The notes under the pieces were generated by a model that searched no databases, had not been told where the DNA came from, and saw nothing but the letters and a program-made list of their open reading frames with translations. A program made the translations under genes and the position numbers. From Owenia fusiformis (taxonomy: Eukaryota), in NCBI GenBank assembly GCA_903813345.2, contig CAIIXF020000001.1, positions 23,188,001 to 23,252,000 on the forward strand: a stretch of 64,000 nt of DNA, in the 5' to 3' direction. Of the stretch, positions 28,307 through 42,004 are shown one piece after another (positions within the stretch are counted from its first letter, which is position 1; each line of letters starts with the position of its first letter).

Positions 28307-29446
28307 AATCTGAAGCCCCTACATAAAATACATTAAACAATCCATTAAGTTAAACACATTGCAATTGGCAATGCCCTAAAAATACAATCATCAACCTCAA
28401 CCAGTGTTCTCCCAAGGAGTTTAGTTTTTCTAAAGTAGGTCAGAATTTATCGATTTCAGTTCCGACCAAAATAGCAGAATAAGTGATTTCTCCAAAAAAT
28501 TAAAGCAATAATAATAGGAGTAGAGCTAAAATGTAACATTCCTAGCGCAAGGAAATATTAGAGTTTTCATTTAGCTTCCAGAGAGACAAAGCAAGTAATG
28601 ATCACCAGGACTACAATATTAAATAAGAGAATGACCATGAGCATGTACTGGCCAATATCATCGACGTCCCTGGAGAACTGGGCATCTAAATTAGTGGCAT
28701 CTGCGGATCTTCTTCAACTATCATCTATTATAATTGGACGTCTGGCTATCACATTCTTTAATAATACATCACGTCCTAAGCACAATTTGAAACCATCAAC
28801 AGAAATATTAATACATGCAATAATTAAATGTATATAGACATCCATCAGCTAACTTTTATTTGCAGGTTCTGAAAAAAACAACGTATCAGGATGTTGTTGA
28901 TATCGTAGAAAGAGTTTTAGAAACTGAACTATTATGATCATGTTTTTCATAGTCAGGGTACACAGGTTAGGCACCATTGAAACAATACCTACAAATGACA
29001 CAACACAAAATCCACCATAGATGAACAGGTTACAAGGACTTATTCTTGTAACAGTTTTTCTTTGTAACCAGTACATCCCCAGTGGCCATAACATCAAAGG
29101 TTAGTGCATAAATGTATTTCTACAAGGAGCACTAACAGTACATGTAGGTACAATATACAATGTCAGTACAATATACAATAAACAATAATCAACAATGCAA
29201 GATACATTGAGCCCTTAGCAGAAAGTTGGTGCTATACATGTACTGAATAATTACAAAGGATCACAATGGATTACAATTTCTGATCTCTAGCTAATAAGTG
29301 CTCTCTAAATTATACATCATTACCATTCATGAAAGTAAGAATATTTTCTCTCTGTGACATTTAAAACATCAGAGGATCCTAAAGAGTCCTAATAAATAGT
29401 TAGTCCAGTAATGCTATAGTGAGTTGTAAGTTGTAAGTTGACCTAC

Positions 29447-29558
29447 CTGTACTGTATCAATGTGCTCATGTTCCGTCCCCTATTTGAAGAGTCATCTGGC
29501 GCTATCTTGGAAAATATATCTGGCTAGCTAGAGGATCAGGTGGTGTTTCCTTCCTTAC
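29447..29558 (-). other. Candidate exon (5' UTR plus MSTLIQYR start at 29469)
   Basis: ctatttctag| ... TAC AG|GTAGGT; phase 2 joins the 16121 exon in frame. Confidence 0.4.
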
Positions 29559-32500
29559 CTAGAAATAGAGTAGTAATACATGTAGATGACAATTGATACA
29601 AGATGTATATGACAGCTCCTATGGATTGGAGGGCGACAGGAATGGCAGTGGGATAAAGGTACCTACTAGAAAAAAGGAAAAATTGGCATATTTAGACCAA
29701 TTTTGGTCTGAATTGTGAAAATGAGAATTTTGCACCCACTTGAGAAAAAATCACTTGAGAAAAAGATCACTGCTATTATTTACTTAAACTCTTAAATCAA
29801 ACTATAATGCCAGATAATTTTGTCTAAAATTTCACTATAATTCAAAATTCAATACAATTATTTTGATTTGATGCTAGATCATGTTCTACATTCAATGGCT
29901 GATTTTATTGATCAGAATAATATAATGTTAGGATAATCCTTCACCCTGAATTCTATCTTGCATTAATTTATAATAAATGCCTTTCATTGAAAAGATTACT
30001 ATGTGATAAATCAAATCTACAAAGCAGAGCTACAAAGAGTGTTTATGACAGACGTAACATTCCAGGTGCTCTGCAGTTCTGCAAAAATCAATAAGCCATT
30101 TAGGATGAAAAGGGATATATACCCTGAATCCATCAGTTAGAAAACTACATTCTGAGTACAACCATGGGCATTTGATAGATTGAAAACCCATGCAACAACC
30201 AAACATTTTATAGGTTGTTGTTTAATTTGCTCATCCAACCATCTTTGTACGAGACATGCCCTGATTGGCTACCTGAGTTCAAAGGTTATCCCTTAAATAA
30301 GAGTTGAGATCAACCACTCTTGATCTTACAAAGAGTAAGGTGACATCACCTCTCAACAAGTGAAACATGTTTGAGTCACTAAGGACCAAGTGTCAATATT
30401 TTCAATAAATAATTGAAGAATCGTTGCATGTTTGTATTCCCGATGAATGTGTCATTTCCCTAAAAACATCAGATAAATCAGTGAATCATTACATTTCAAC
30501 CTTACCGTCATATCAGCAATTATTGAAGGCAGCCATATTTTATCATTTTATACCCCGCTGAGAATTTACAAAAACAGGGTTTACAGGTTATTGTTAATAC
30601 GAAGCAAAAGCACAAAGGGTTTCAAAAAATCAATGTCTATAATATATCAGTAGATCATGACCACCCGATAACAGAAACACACTCGACAAAGAGAACCAAT
30701 CAGAAGAACAACTCGAGCCTGAGAGAATGTGAATGCCAGGTGAAAATTAATAATTCCCTCATAAATGTAAACACTTCAGAGAGCACCTAGGTCTTTCGGT
30801 GACTTGCATGTCCAACATGAAACACTGCTTCAACCAAAAATTGATTTCTCAACAACAGCAAATACCACATTTTATGCTGAACAATTACCCTCCCAGAGGC
30901 ATTAAAGGCATATATACAGAATCAATTTTCTTCAACATTGTAAAGCTGAGCTAGGTACAAACATGTGATGCTTTGTTCTAGCCATTTTGCGAACCTCGCA
31001 AAACCATTGTTTTAAAGAGGATTGCTGGATTTGGTATCCATATGATGACAGTTGAACAAATAATAAGTTAACATCCTTCAGAATTAATGAGAATAAGTTG
31101 AATCGAAAATAAAACTGATTATTCCCCGTTGTCAATCATTTATTTATTACCAAAGCTCGGGTTTGACATATTCTTGCTATATTACAATCTATATATTCTC
31201 CAATAGAACTGAAGAAATAATGATACTATATAGAGTAACAAAGCGAGGACATTTATACATAATTCATATTGGTCTGAGGACGTAAACAACCTATACAGGT
31301 ACTCAGATACATAATGAATCTGATATATAACAATTAGCAAACTGTGCGAGATTCTATTGTGCTGGAAATTACTACAAGAAAAAATAACACACTGCCATAA
31401 AATCGTGACAGCATTGAATGTGATGCTATTGGTTACCATGGAAACATCTACCTTCATTTTCCCATATAACCCAACCTTGTCATAACGTATGTACATATTA
31501 AAGAGGAACAATGAAGTTTAACAACACAAGGAAAATCAAGTCTGAAATCATTTATTTTTCATTCATCCTACTGACTGATTATTTTACCAATGATCATAAT
31601 GATTTATCTCATAACGAATTATTGCTCTTTGGTTCTTTGTCAAAGAAAGATATTCAACAAATATTCATTTGAGATTAAATTGTTAACTTGTAGGAAGCAT
31701 AATATCGACTATGTATATGTGAAAAGAGAACCTTGGTATTTGGGCAATTCATAACCACTCCCTAACAATATATGTACTATATAGTTTTTTGTTGTTTATT
31801 TTGTCACATCAAAAAGTACATATGGCAACAAATAAACAAAAAAGCCCCACAACCACAAATAACAATATCAAAAAAACACAGAACAACCAATATTTCTTGA
31901 TAGTTCTCAAATTGTGTTCTGATCACAAAATCATGACAATTTCATGTTATATTACAAGACTTATTGCAATGTAAGTATACAACCAGGTACAAGTCATTTT
32001 CTCAATTTTCTAAAAGCCATCATCATTCTATAAATTGTCTTGCAGAGCCACGGGCTTGATCTGTTATAGTACAGTATAGGATATAAATAAATACCTGGTG
32101 TTTAAGATTTCACTGAAACAACAAATCCCTAAATCTAAATGTTAGTTGTGATATAAAACCCGATGTTGGGATTAACTTATAAGATCAATAGTAAATGTCA
32201 ATAGAGTTTAGCTCGAAAAATGAGATTTCTTACCATATAGAAAAACAAGACTCAATTAATTCTGGCACATCTACCATATACCTGGAATACCAGAAAAATA
32301 AACATTCCCTACAGGTAAAAATATGTATGAGTATAAACAAGAAAATCAAAATCAGAAAAAATGCTGACCTATACCTGTAAGTATACCTGTCTCTGGCCCA
32401 CAAATTTTTACTTATTGCATATAAAAGTTCCTGCCCCCCCCCAGGTCCTACCCCTCCCTCAATATGTATTTCCATAACTGTACAGTAGAGGGGGGGGGGG

Positions 32501-32918
32501 TTGCATTGTGAGTTATTACAGCCTTCTATCAGGTCCTTTCTAGGAGTATTCTTTGTAAGATTCGATGGTTTTAGTATAAGAGTGAGAGAGGGTGAATTTC
32601 TACAGGGGCTCGTTTGCTTGAAGCAATAGCAGAATAGGGCAAAATAACTTCATAAAACCTGCAGAGAGATCTTTAAATGTTACTTCTGGTGATTCGTGAT
32701 TAGAACTTGTCACTGATCTGTGGAAGTAGATTTTCTTTCATTTACTACCCTTCCAAAACCATATTATCCTCTGACTGAAGTATTTTTTTTATTTTTTATT
32801 TATTTACTGTCAAACTATTTATTCTTTATTTATTAACTGTCAAACATTAATTAATAGGGTCAGCACTAGATACCCATAAGAGGGTATCTGTGCATTATAT
32901 TGAAATGTTATGCTATAG

Positions 32919-33125
32919 CAGTGATCTCCCCAGGACTTTTTCTATGCTGGGTGCAAAATTTTCATTTTCACAATTCAGACCAAAATTGGTCAAATTATGC
33001 CCACTTTTCATGATTTTTCTCATTTTCAAGTGGGTGCTGCAAATGGATTCTAAGGTGGGTATAAGCCTATTTTCAAAATCTCAGGTGGGGACGGCTCACT
33101 TGCTTTAATGCTGGGGAGATCACTG
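32919..33125. mobile_element. hAT-like MITE (CAG ends, 5-bp TATAG duplication)
   Basis: TIR CAGTGATCTCCCCAG / CTGGGGAGATCACTG; degenerate relatives near 17092-17277 and 29640-29772. Confidence 0.6.
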
Positions 33126-33471
33126 TATAGTTTTGATGCTTATAATCTGTAGCTTTCATGGTCTTTATGGGACAGTGAATAGGAAATTGATGTTCTATAC
33201 TTATTAAATAGAAAATGTTGTGTCATGGGCTAAATCCAAGAATTATCTCAGAGTGAAGATGAATGTGTGGTCTTATAAAGGGTTACAAGTATGAGTATAT
33301 CTTCTACAAGACTGCAGTAAAACAAGAAAGGTTATAAATGCTCCATAAATAGTAAGGCAATCTTTAGTGATGCAACAAGTAATTGAGATTTCACATTTGA
33401 TTTCAGTTTACGCTTGTAAACTTTGATGATTTCAACAGTCTAGAATTTCAATGCTCTATAGTTCCAATTAA

Positions 33472-33967
33472 TGGCCTAGTCACATAGCCCGGCCGATGTC
33501 CGGCATCGGTAGAGCTCGGTGGATTTTTTTGGTGCCACCGAGCTCTCCTCATCGGAAGCAGAGCTCGGTGACGTGAACGGACTCCGTCCGGACATCTTCA
33601 GGTACTATACTTTCCAAGGCTCTGTCCCACATCGGCCGGAGCTCGGTCGGAGCTCGGCCGGTGTCCGTTAAAAAAACCTCGTCCTCTGGTTGTCTCAGAT
33701 GCGCGGGACACCGACCGATACTCGGCCGTGCACCGGCCGACGTGTGTTCTGATGTGGTTACGATGGGGCTGCGATGAGGGAGCTCGGTGAGAGCCCGGTG
33801 AAATTTAACTCCGAAGTTAAAATTTCACCGAGCTGCCACCGATGCGGTTTTAAGCAACAAACGCCACGGATGTCCGGCCGGTGTCCGGCCGGTGTTCGGC
33901 CGAGTTCGGTGAAAATTGCATCGCTGGCTCATCGGAACCTCATCGGCCGGGCTATGTGACTAGGCCA
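33472..33967. mobile_element. PIF/Harbinger-type MITE (GC-rich)
   Basis: Perfect TIR TGGCCTAGTCACATAGCCCGGCCGATG with a TAA duplication on both sides. Confidence 0.8.
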
Positions 33968-35509
33968 TAAGGGAGTGACTCAGAAGCATAACACCCATAA
34001 AGAATATACAACACATTAAATGTAAGACTGAAAGCAATATTAAAATCTGAACAGGAACAAAGGGACAAAAGTTGGTCAAGGATGCCAGGTACCTGTAGCC
34101 TCCACCCTTTCCAAGATCCTAACCCTGATTGCACTCTTAAACTGCATGGGCAGATTATGAAGTTAGAAAATCGTGATCGTGTATATTTTCTGCCTAAAGG
34201 AAGTGAAGATCATTTCATAATCAAACAACAATAAAAATCAATGAATGTTTCATTTAAGATAATTAAAATCTTTACATGAAAACTGTTAATATAAATTTTC
34301 AAAGTCAGAGTTAACATATATATAGGTTACATTCAAGTAGTTAATTTTTCAAGAACAATTTTCTTATTATATATTGAAGAGAGAATTGAGTTCAATAACT
34401 CAGAAAACCATGACCTGAATCAATATTTTTCTACTTACTCCAGAAAATGCTAAATCAACAAAAAGCTAGAATTGAAGCTAATTATAGACAAAAATCATAT
34501 TAAATTCATTAAAAACCAGAGGATATGCTATATCAAGTTCTGCAAATGTGAGATTAGCAACCTTGATAACGGGGCATCTTACCCCTGACTGCCTTGTGAT
34601 GAAAGCCAGCCTCATCGAGACCTAACATAAGGCTGTTAAAACAGGTATCGATGAGAGGGATTGTTTACCTGAACAAGATTAATGAGCTATGAATGCAACG
34701 TTTTATCAATCAACTTTGAAAGATTAAAACACCTGACATTGAAAATTCTCTGAAAGTAAACAAGTGTGTAGATCTAACAGACAGTCTTAAATTTAGCACT
34801 TAATGCATCTTGCTACCTTTCATCAGATCAAACTCAGTATTTGATATTTGGTGTCATTTCTACAATATATTTAATTTGGCTGATTTATGAGAGAGTTTCT
34901 CTGACTACACGATGATGATATAGAACTTTGAAAAAGTGCAATAAAAAGCAGAATCACCAATGATATGCTCCCATCGAATAATTTGACTCATAAGATCGCT
35001 GATGGAATTTTAGAGCAAAAAAATGTGAATTCTTCAGAAAATTGAATTTTGAACATTTTGAGTTGACCCAACAAATAAGAAAAAATTAGGCCTTTTATAA
35101 AAAGTTTTACCACATAACACTTGATCTTTCATTGAACATGACTAAATTAACAATGATTAAATGAACAATGACTGAGTTAACAATGACTAAACCTTGACAT
35201 TCAAATTATTCCAAAAACTGACATTTGTATATTTGCATGCCGTTATACCAATTCTCAGTGGCACCTTGAATATTGGATATATTCCTTGAGGTGCTTGCTT
35301 ATATTAGTCTTAGATGAGTAATGACTGGACTGTTGATGGTTTTTCATCTTAGAGCTATGCATATATTGCATACATTGAATATTTTCCAGACAGCACTTAG
35401 TGTGTTTCTAACCTAAGAGACCTACAGTGATGTTAACTCCCCTATCAATAAATAAAAACATGTTATCACACAGGTTATTCTTGATATATAGGCTTATATG
35501 TGGGTGAGA

Positions 35510-37230
35510 AGACATTCAGGTATTCTGACCAACCTGAATGCATGCAGGTATGCTGGCCAATTAAGACACAGCAGGTGTGCTGGCCTACCTAAAACATGCA
35601 GGTGTGCTGTCTAACCTAAGACATGCACGTACGCTGACCAACCAAAGACATCCAGGTGTGCTATCCAACCTAAGACAATGCACATACGCTGACCAACCAA
35701 AGACATCCAGGTGTACTGGCCAATTAAGACACAGCAGGTGTGCTGTCCAACCTAAGACAATGCACATACGCTGACCAACCAAAGACATCCAGGTGTGCTG
35801 GCCAATTAAGACACAGCAGGTGTGCTGGCCAACCTAAGTCCAACCTAAGACAATGCACATACTGTGACCAACCAAAGACATCCAGGTGTGCTGGCCAATT
35901 AAGACAATGCACATACGCTGACCAACCAAAGACATCCAGGTGTGCTGGCCAATTAAGACACAGCAGGTGTGCTGGCCAACCTAAGTCCAACCTAAGACAA
36001 TGCACATACTGTGACCAACCAAAGACATCCAGGTGTACTGGCCAATTAAGACACAGCAGGTGTGCTGTCCAACCTAAGACAATGCACATACGCTGACCAA
36101 CCAAAGACATCCAGGTGTGCTGGCCAATTAAGACACAGCAGGTGTGCTGGCCAACCTAAGTCCAACCTAAGACAATGCACATACTGTGACCAACCAAAGA
36201 CATCCAGGTGTACTGGCCAATTAAGACACAGCAGGTGTGCTGTCCAACCTAAGACAATGCACATACGCTGACCAACCAAAGACATCCAGGTGTGCTGGCC
36301 AATTAAGACACAGCAGGTGTGCTGGCCAACCTAAGTCCAACCTAAGACAATGCACATACTGTGACCAACCAAAGACATCCAGGTGTACTGGTCTACTAAG
36401 ACACAGCAGGTGTGCTGGCCTACCTAAGACATGCAGGTGTGCTGACCAACCAAAGTCATCCAGGTGTGCAGTCTAAACTAAGACATGCAGGTGTTCTGTC
36501 CAACCTAAGACAGTTACATACAGGTGTGCTCTCTAACCTAAGACATACAGGTGTGCTGTTCAACCAAGGACATCCAGGTGTGCTGTCCAAACTAAGACAT
36601 GCACGTCTGCTGACCAACTAAATACATCCAGGTGTGCTGTCCAAACTAAGACATGCAGGTGTTCTGTCCAACCTAAGACATGCAGGTATGTTCTCTAACC
36701 TAAGACATGCAGGTGTGCTGTTCAATTTAAGATGTGTAGGTGTGCTGTTCAACCTAAGACAGTTACATGCAGGTGTGCTCTCTAACCTCTCTAACCTAAA
36801 ACATGCAGGTGTGCTGTTCAACCAAAGATGTGTAGGTGTGCTGTTCAACCTAAGACAGTCACATGCAGGTGTGCTGTTTCACCTAGGACATGTACGTAGG
36901 TGTGCTCTCCAACCTAAGACATGCAGGTGTGCTGTTCAACCTAAGATGTGTAGGTGTGCTGTCCAACCTAAGACAGTCACATGCAGGTGTGCTGTTTCAC
37001 CTAGGACATGTACGTAGGTGTGCTCTCCAACCTAAGACATGCAGGTGTGCTGTTCAACCTAAGATGTGTAGGTGTGCTGTCCAACCTAAGACAGTCACAT
37101 GTAGGTGTGCTCTCCAACCTAAGACATGCAGGTGTGCTGTTCAACCTAAGATGTGTAGGTGTGCTGTTCAACCTAAGACAGTCACATGCAGGTGTGCTGA
37201 ACAACCTTAGACATACGGGTGTGCTGTTAA
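35510..37230. repeat. ~28-30-bp satellite with higher-order repeats
   Basis: CAGGTGTGCTG...AACCTAAGACA monomers; 175-bp and 118-bp periodicities visible as identical repeated ORFs. Confidence 0.9.
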
Positions 37231-39939
37231 AAATTCAATTGAATACTGTATAAGTGGTATTTGATCCGGGTGGTTTAATTTTCCTAACCTGGGAAAAATT
37301 AGGCAATAGGCAAATTAAATGATTAGGCAAAATCACCACTTGTGCAGTAATGTCAGTAAAAGACGATTGGAAAGATTTATGTCGGCAAATGACATATTAG
37401 ATTTATGTCACCAAAAGACAATTGAATGATGTCAGTAAAAGACAATTGAACAGATTTATGTCAGCAAATGACAGATTAGATTTATGTCACCAAAAGACAA
37501 TTGAATGATGTTAGCAAAAGACAATAGATTTACGCCAGCAAAGGACAACAATTTCTATCAATGAATGAAAGACAATAGATTCAAATGTCCCTGAAATAAG
37601 CTGCAATGATATACACACATAAAATTCACACTGGTACTATATTCAGACCTTGTTCAGCAGACCATAAAACAATCTGATTTAGTTGCTAAGGACTCCTGGA
37701 GCAAATCACCATTTAATATCATTAACGTGAGGGTAAATCCAGGTTGAACACACGCTTGTCAAAGTATCGACAAATACATCATTCGTCCACTTACCTTGCT
37801 ATGTATGTAATAGCCACTATCCTCGATTATTATTACAAATCCGTGATGGGTATAGAACACGTTATATGGGCTGTTTGTTCTTATAGAATATTACTTGAAT
37901 TTATTAGTACTTGTTCTTATTCCCTAGGCACACTTCAGACAGCTGCCATCCTAACCACATCTTAACTCATATGATTTAGATATGAATTACTTTAACCAAG
38001 AGCTGGTACTGGCTCGTAGAATTGTTCAAGCTGATGATAAATTAATACCTAGTATAGCTGAACCAATAAGCCGTATATTACTCTGCCGTGAATCTTGTAT
38101 CTTCTCTGCTATGTAAAATAGGTGTAAACAGTGTATATCCTTTGATAACAATGCCCATTGGCAGATTTCATCAATTTTACATTTCCTATTGATCTCCCTC
38201 TCTTAGCTTCACGTAGGGTAAAATTCCATCATGGCATATAGAATCAATACGATACAGCTTTCAGCCTACTCATGAACCACTCAATTTTTCCCTCTACAGA
38301 TCATGTGACTGTCATTGACCAATCAGGCACTGGCATTTAATATACCAATCTTATCAATTGTGGGATAGAGTGATATATTTTTGTTTTTCAATCTGTTTGT
38401 TATGTAATGAAACGTTTGCAATTGTTTTGTAGTGTAACTTATAATTAAGGAACATTATAGAGAGGTTCAATGACATCATCACCATAGAGATCCAATCAAC
38501 AATTAGTTAGTATTTTCACCTGAGATTACACCTGGGACCACAGGTCTAGTTTCATCTTGATAACAAAGCCTTATATAGCATGACAGGTGACAAAATTCCA
38601 GGAAACCTGCAAGCAACAAGGGAGTAATAGCCGATGCTTGTAAAATAATATATTAACGTATATTTCAGTTCTACACAGGATGTTCAATAGGTTCTGTTTA
38701 AAAGGCTATTTAACTTAATCATCACTAAATCTATTCAGGCCCTGTATTTTGAATGTGGTGCTGCACCACAGTCTAAAAGCCTAGCGAGAGCCCTGCTACT
38801 TGAAGATCTAGATGGCATGCATTTTAAAGATACAGTATAGCACAATCTAAGTATTTCTGAGTTCCAGTCAGTCTTCGTATGTTGTTTAAACGAACGCTAT
38901 CTTTTACAAAGTTAAATGAAAAAGTAAAATCTTTCAGTTTGTAATGATTTTAATTGCTTATTCTATGAACATACTTCAGTTCATTTAATCAATCATTTGA
39001 TGCTTACTCAAAAACCCATCTGAATGTAAGAGGTCAGCGACTTATTAATTCCATTGATTATAAACGTTGCTCTATGAGGAGGTTAATTAGAAATATAGAT
39101 TTTTATTCCACATTAGTAACGCAGGTTATTTAAGGGCATTGTTCTTTGATGCGAGAATCTTGAAACACAAGAAGTCAACACCTGAGTATTAATTAATAAT
39201 ACGTCTGTAGGTAATACGAAATAAATTATTTAGAGTTGATTTACAAATTAAGGTGTTTGACTAACAGAGGGTGTAGAGGTGCTTGTTAACCTTCACAATT
39301 TCACCAAGAGTGTTTGACTAGGACACAAGGCCTTGTTTTATAAAAGTATTCATCAAATGAAGTGTTCAACTTACGAAGTGTTCAACTTTAGAGGTGTTTG
39401 ACTTATGCAAGTTTTAACCTACAGAGGTGTTTAACTTTTGTATAGATGCTTTAATTACATAGGTGTTTGACTAACAAAAATAACTTACAGAGGTGTTAGA
39501 CTTAAAGAAGATTAAATAAATAAGTAAGATTAACTTGACCTCTATAAAACAGAGCACTATCTCTATCATCACCTGCATGGAGTAAATCACACCAAACATA
39601 ATCTAGAACGCTCATCCAGGACTTAATGTGAAATCAATACACTGTATAAAACCAATTGATGAACAGAAAATTAGCTATTATATCAAAATTAAGTTCTGAT
39701 TTCTCCCTTTATCCGATCAGATTATGTGGAATCATTGAGCAGATCTGGCATGCTTTTGTGAAGCAAAAAGTTCAATGATAAATTACCCTTTTAACTAATA
39801 ATAATAAAGATACTTTGAAAGCATTCGATGTCTCTCAAGAGTGAACTATTTGATGTGGAGGACTGTTAACCCAAATTAGAGCACTCGCAACTAAAATGAA
39901 ACAAGGACATAACTGTTAATTTAACATGCTAAATGACAC

Positions 39940-41490
39940 CACCTACCATCCATTATATATGCAGAGTGTCAAACACCTACCATCCATTATAAATGGAGAG
40001 TGTCAAACACCTACTATCCATTATAAATGGAGTGTCAAACACCTACCATCCATTATAAATGCAGAGTGTCAAACACCTACCATCCATTATAAATGCAGAG
40101 TGTTTAACACCTACCATCCATTATAAATGCAGAGTGCCAAACACCTACCATCCATTATAAATGCAGTGCCAAACACCTACCATCTATTATAAATGCAGAG
40201 TGCCAAACACCTACCATCCATTATAAATGGAGAGTGTCAAACACCTACCATCCATTATAAATGGAGAGTGTCAAACACCTAGTATCCATTATAAATGCAG
40301 TGCCAAACACCTACCATCCATTATAAATGGAGAGTGTCAAACACCTACCATCCATTATAAATGGAGAGTGTCAAACACCTACCATCCATTATAAATGGAG
40401 AGTGTCAAACACCTAGTATCCATTATAAATGCAGAGTGCCAAACACCTACCATCCATTATAAATGGAGAGTGTCAAACACCTACCATCCATTATAAATGC
40501 AGAGTGTCTAACACCTACCATCCATTATAAATGGAGAGTATCAAACACCTAGTATCCATTATAAATGCAGTGCCAAACACCTACCATCCATTATAATTGG
40601 AGAGTGTCAAACACCTACCATCCATTATAAATGGAGAGTAGTGGTGTAGATAAGTACTCACGTAGTCATCGAATCGTCTCGCCAAGGTGTTATAGAATTC
40701 GGCTCGATTAGGAGTTCAGATTTCGCGAATTATTACACGAGTCTGAGACTCGCGAATTTGTATTCGTATTCGCGATTTCACAGCGAATCCTGACGTCAAA
40801 TGCATTGTTTTTTCTTACAAACAGGGTGAAACTATGTACAAATGATTGTTCCGTGTATCATTTGTTTTTATTTGAATGAATATGAGTAATAAATCTAATT
40901 TAAATGAAATATTTTTGAGTCTATTTTTTAATTCCATGATTAATTCAGTCCGTAGAACCGGAAATGAAAGTGCTGCAACAATGTGTGGCGGGAAACATAA
41001 AATAAACAATATTTCAATTTTTGTCGTAATTAATCGTAAGTATGTTATTTAAATCGGTAGATATGGACAACTCTTGATATACCTAGCGTACCTAGGGTAT
41101 TGTGCAAGTGAACAACATTGAAAAAAGGACTAAAAAACGACCATATGACATTTTTTGATGAAAAATCGCGATTCTTATTCGATCTCAGACTCAAAATCAC
41201 GCGAATTACTCGATTCCAAAAATTCCCGCGAGTTACAACACTAATGGAGAGTGTCAAACACCTACTATCCATTATAAATGTAGTGCCAAACACCTACCAT
41301 CCATTATAATTGGAGAGTGTCAAACACCTACCATCCATTATAAATGCAGAGTGTCAAACACCTACTATCCATTATAAATGGAGAGTGTCAAACACCTACT
41401 ATCCATTATAAATGCAGTGCCAAACACCTACCATCCATTATAAATGCAGAGTGCCAAACACCTACCATCCATTATAAATGCAGAGTGCCA
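39940..41490. repeat. 32-34-bp minisatellite within HINE-like ends
   Basis: AGAGTGYCAAACACCTACCATCCATTATAAATGC units; HINE-like head at ~39900 and GTGGTGGTGACAT tail at ~41567. Confidence 0.9.
40639..41243. mobile_element. hAT-type MITE inserted in a minisatellite
   Basis: 8-bp TSD ATGGAGAG (40631-38, 41244-51); TIRs TAGTGGTGTA / TACAACACTA. Confidence 0.75.
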
Positions 41491-42004
41491 AACCAACCAA
41501 AGAGCAGCAACAAACAAATGTGGAAACACCATCTACAAAAAACAGACCATAACAGTGGTGGTGACATTATAAATCTCTGATTAATATAAAATTGTCTTAC
41601 CTTTCTGTGATGTTATGGCTGGCTGATACAGCATTGGTACAAAGTCATATCATTGGTTGAACTACTTCTTAGCGTCTTCATTTACTTCTGCACATCTGTA
41701 CTTCTGTACATCGGTACTTCTGTACATTTGTACATCTGTACTTCTGTACATGGTTCCTTGTATGTACATCATATCATTGGTTGGGAAACTACTGTTCAAT
41801 AGAGTCTATCATTGGTCGCATGTTCAATGATCTGTATATCATTAGAGTCTTCATTTACACATGGATGTCTGTACATGGTGTGCAGACCATATCAATCGCT
41901 CATTGTATGTACATGATATCATTGGTTGAGTGAGTGTACATAATCTTTACAGCACTGGTTGAGTGCTTATATCTGCAAGCATATCATTGGTTGAACCTAT
42001 TCTA

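Noticed and set aside
33472-33967. CpG island or horizontally acquired GC-rich gene
   Set aside because: Fully explained by a Harbinger-type MITE with TIRs and a TAA TSD.
35577-37253. Many overlapping ORFs with Cys/Arg repeats
   Set aside because: They are translations of the satellite on both strands, with no splice or domain support.
39940-41490. CRISPR-like regular repeats (also 8415-9478, 10397-11230, 51231-51887)
   Set aside because: Units are head-to-tail with no unique spacers, there are no cas genes, and the context is eukaryotic.
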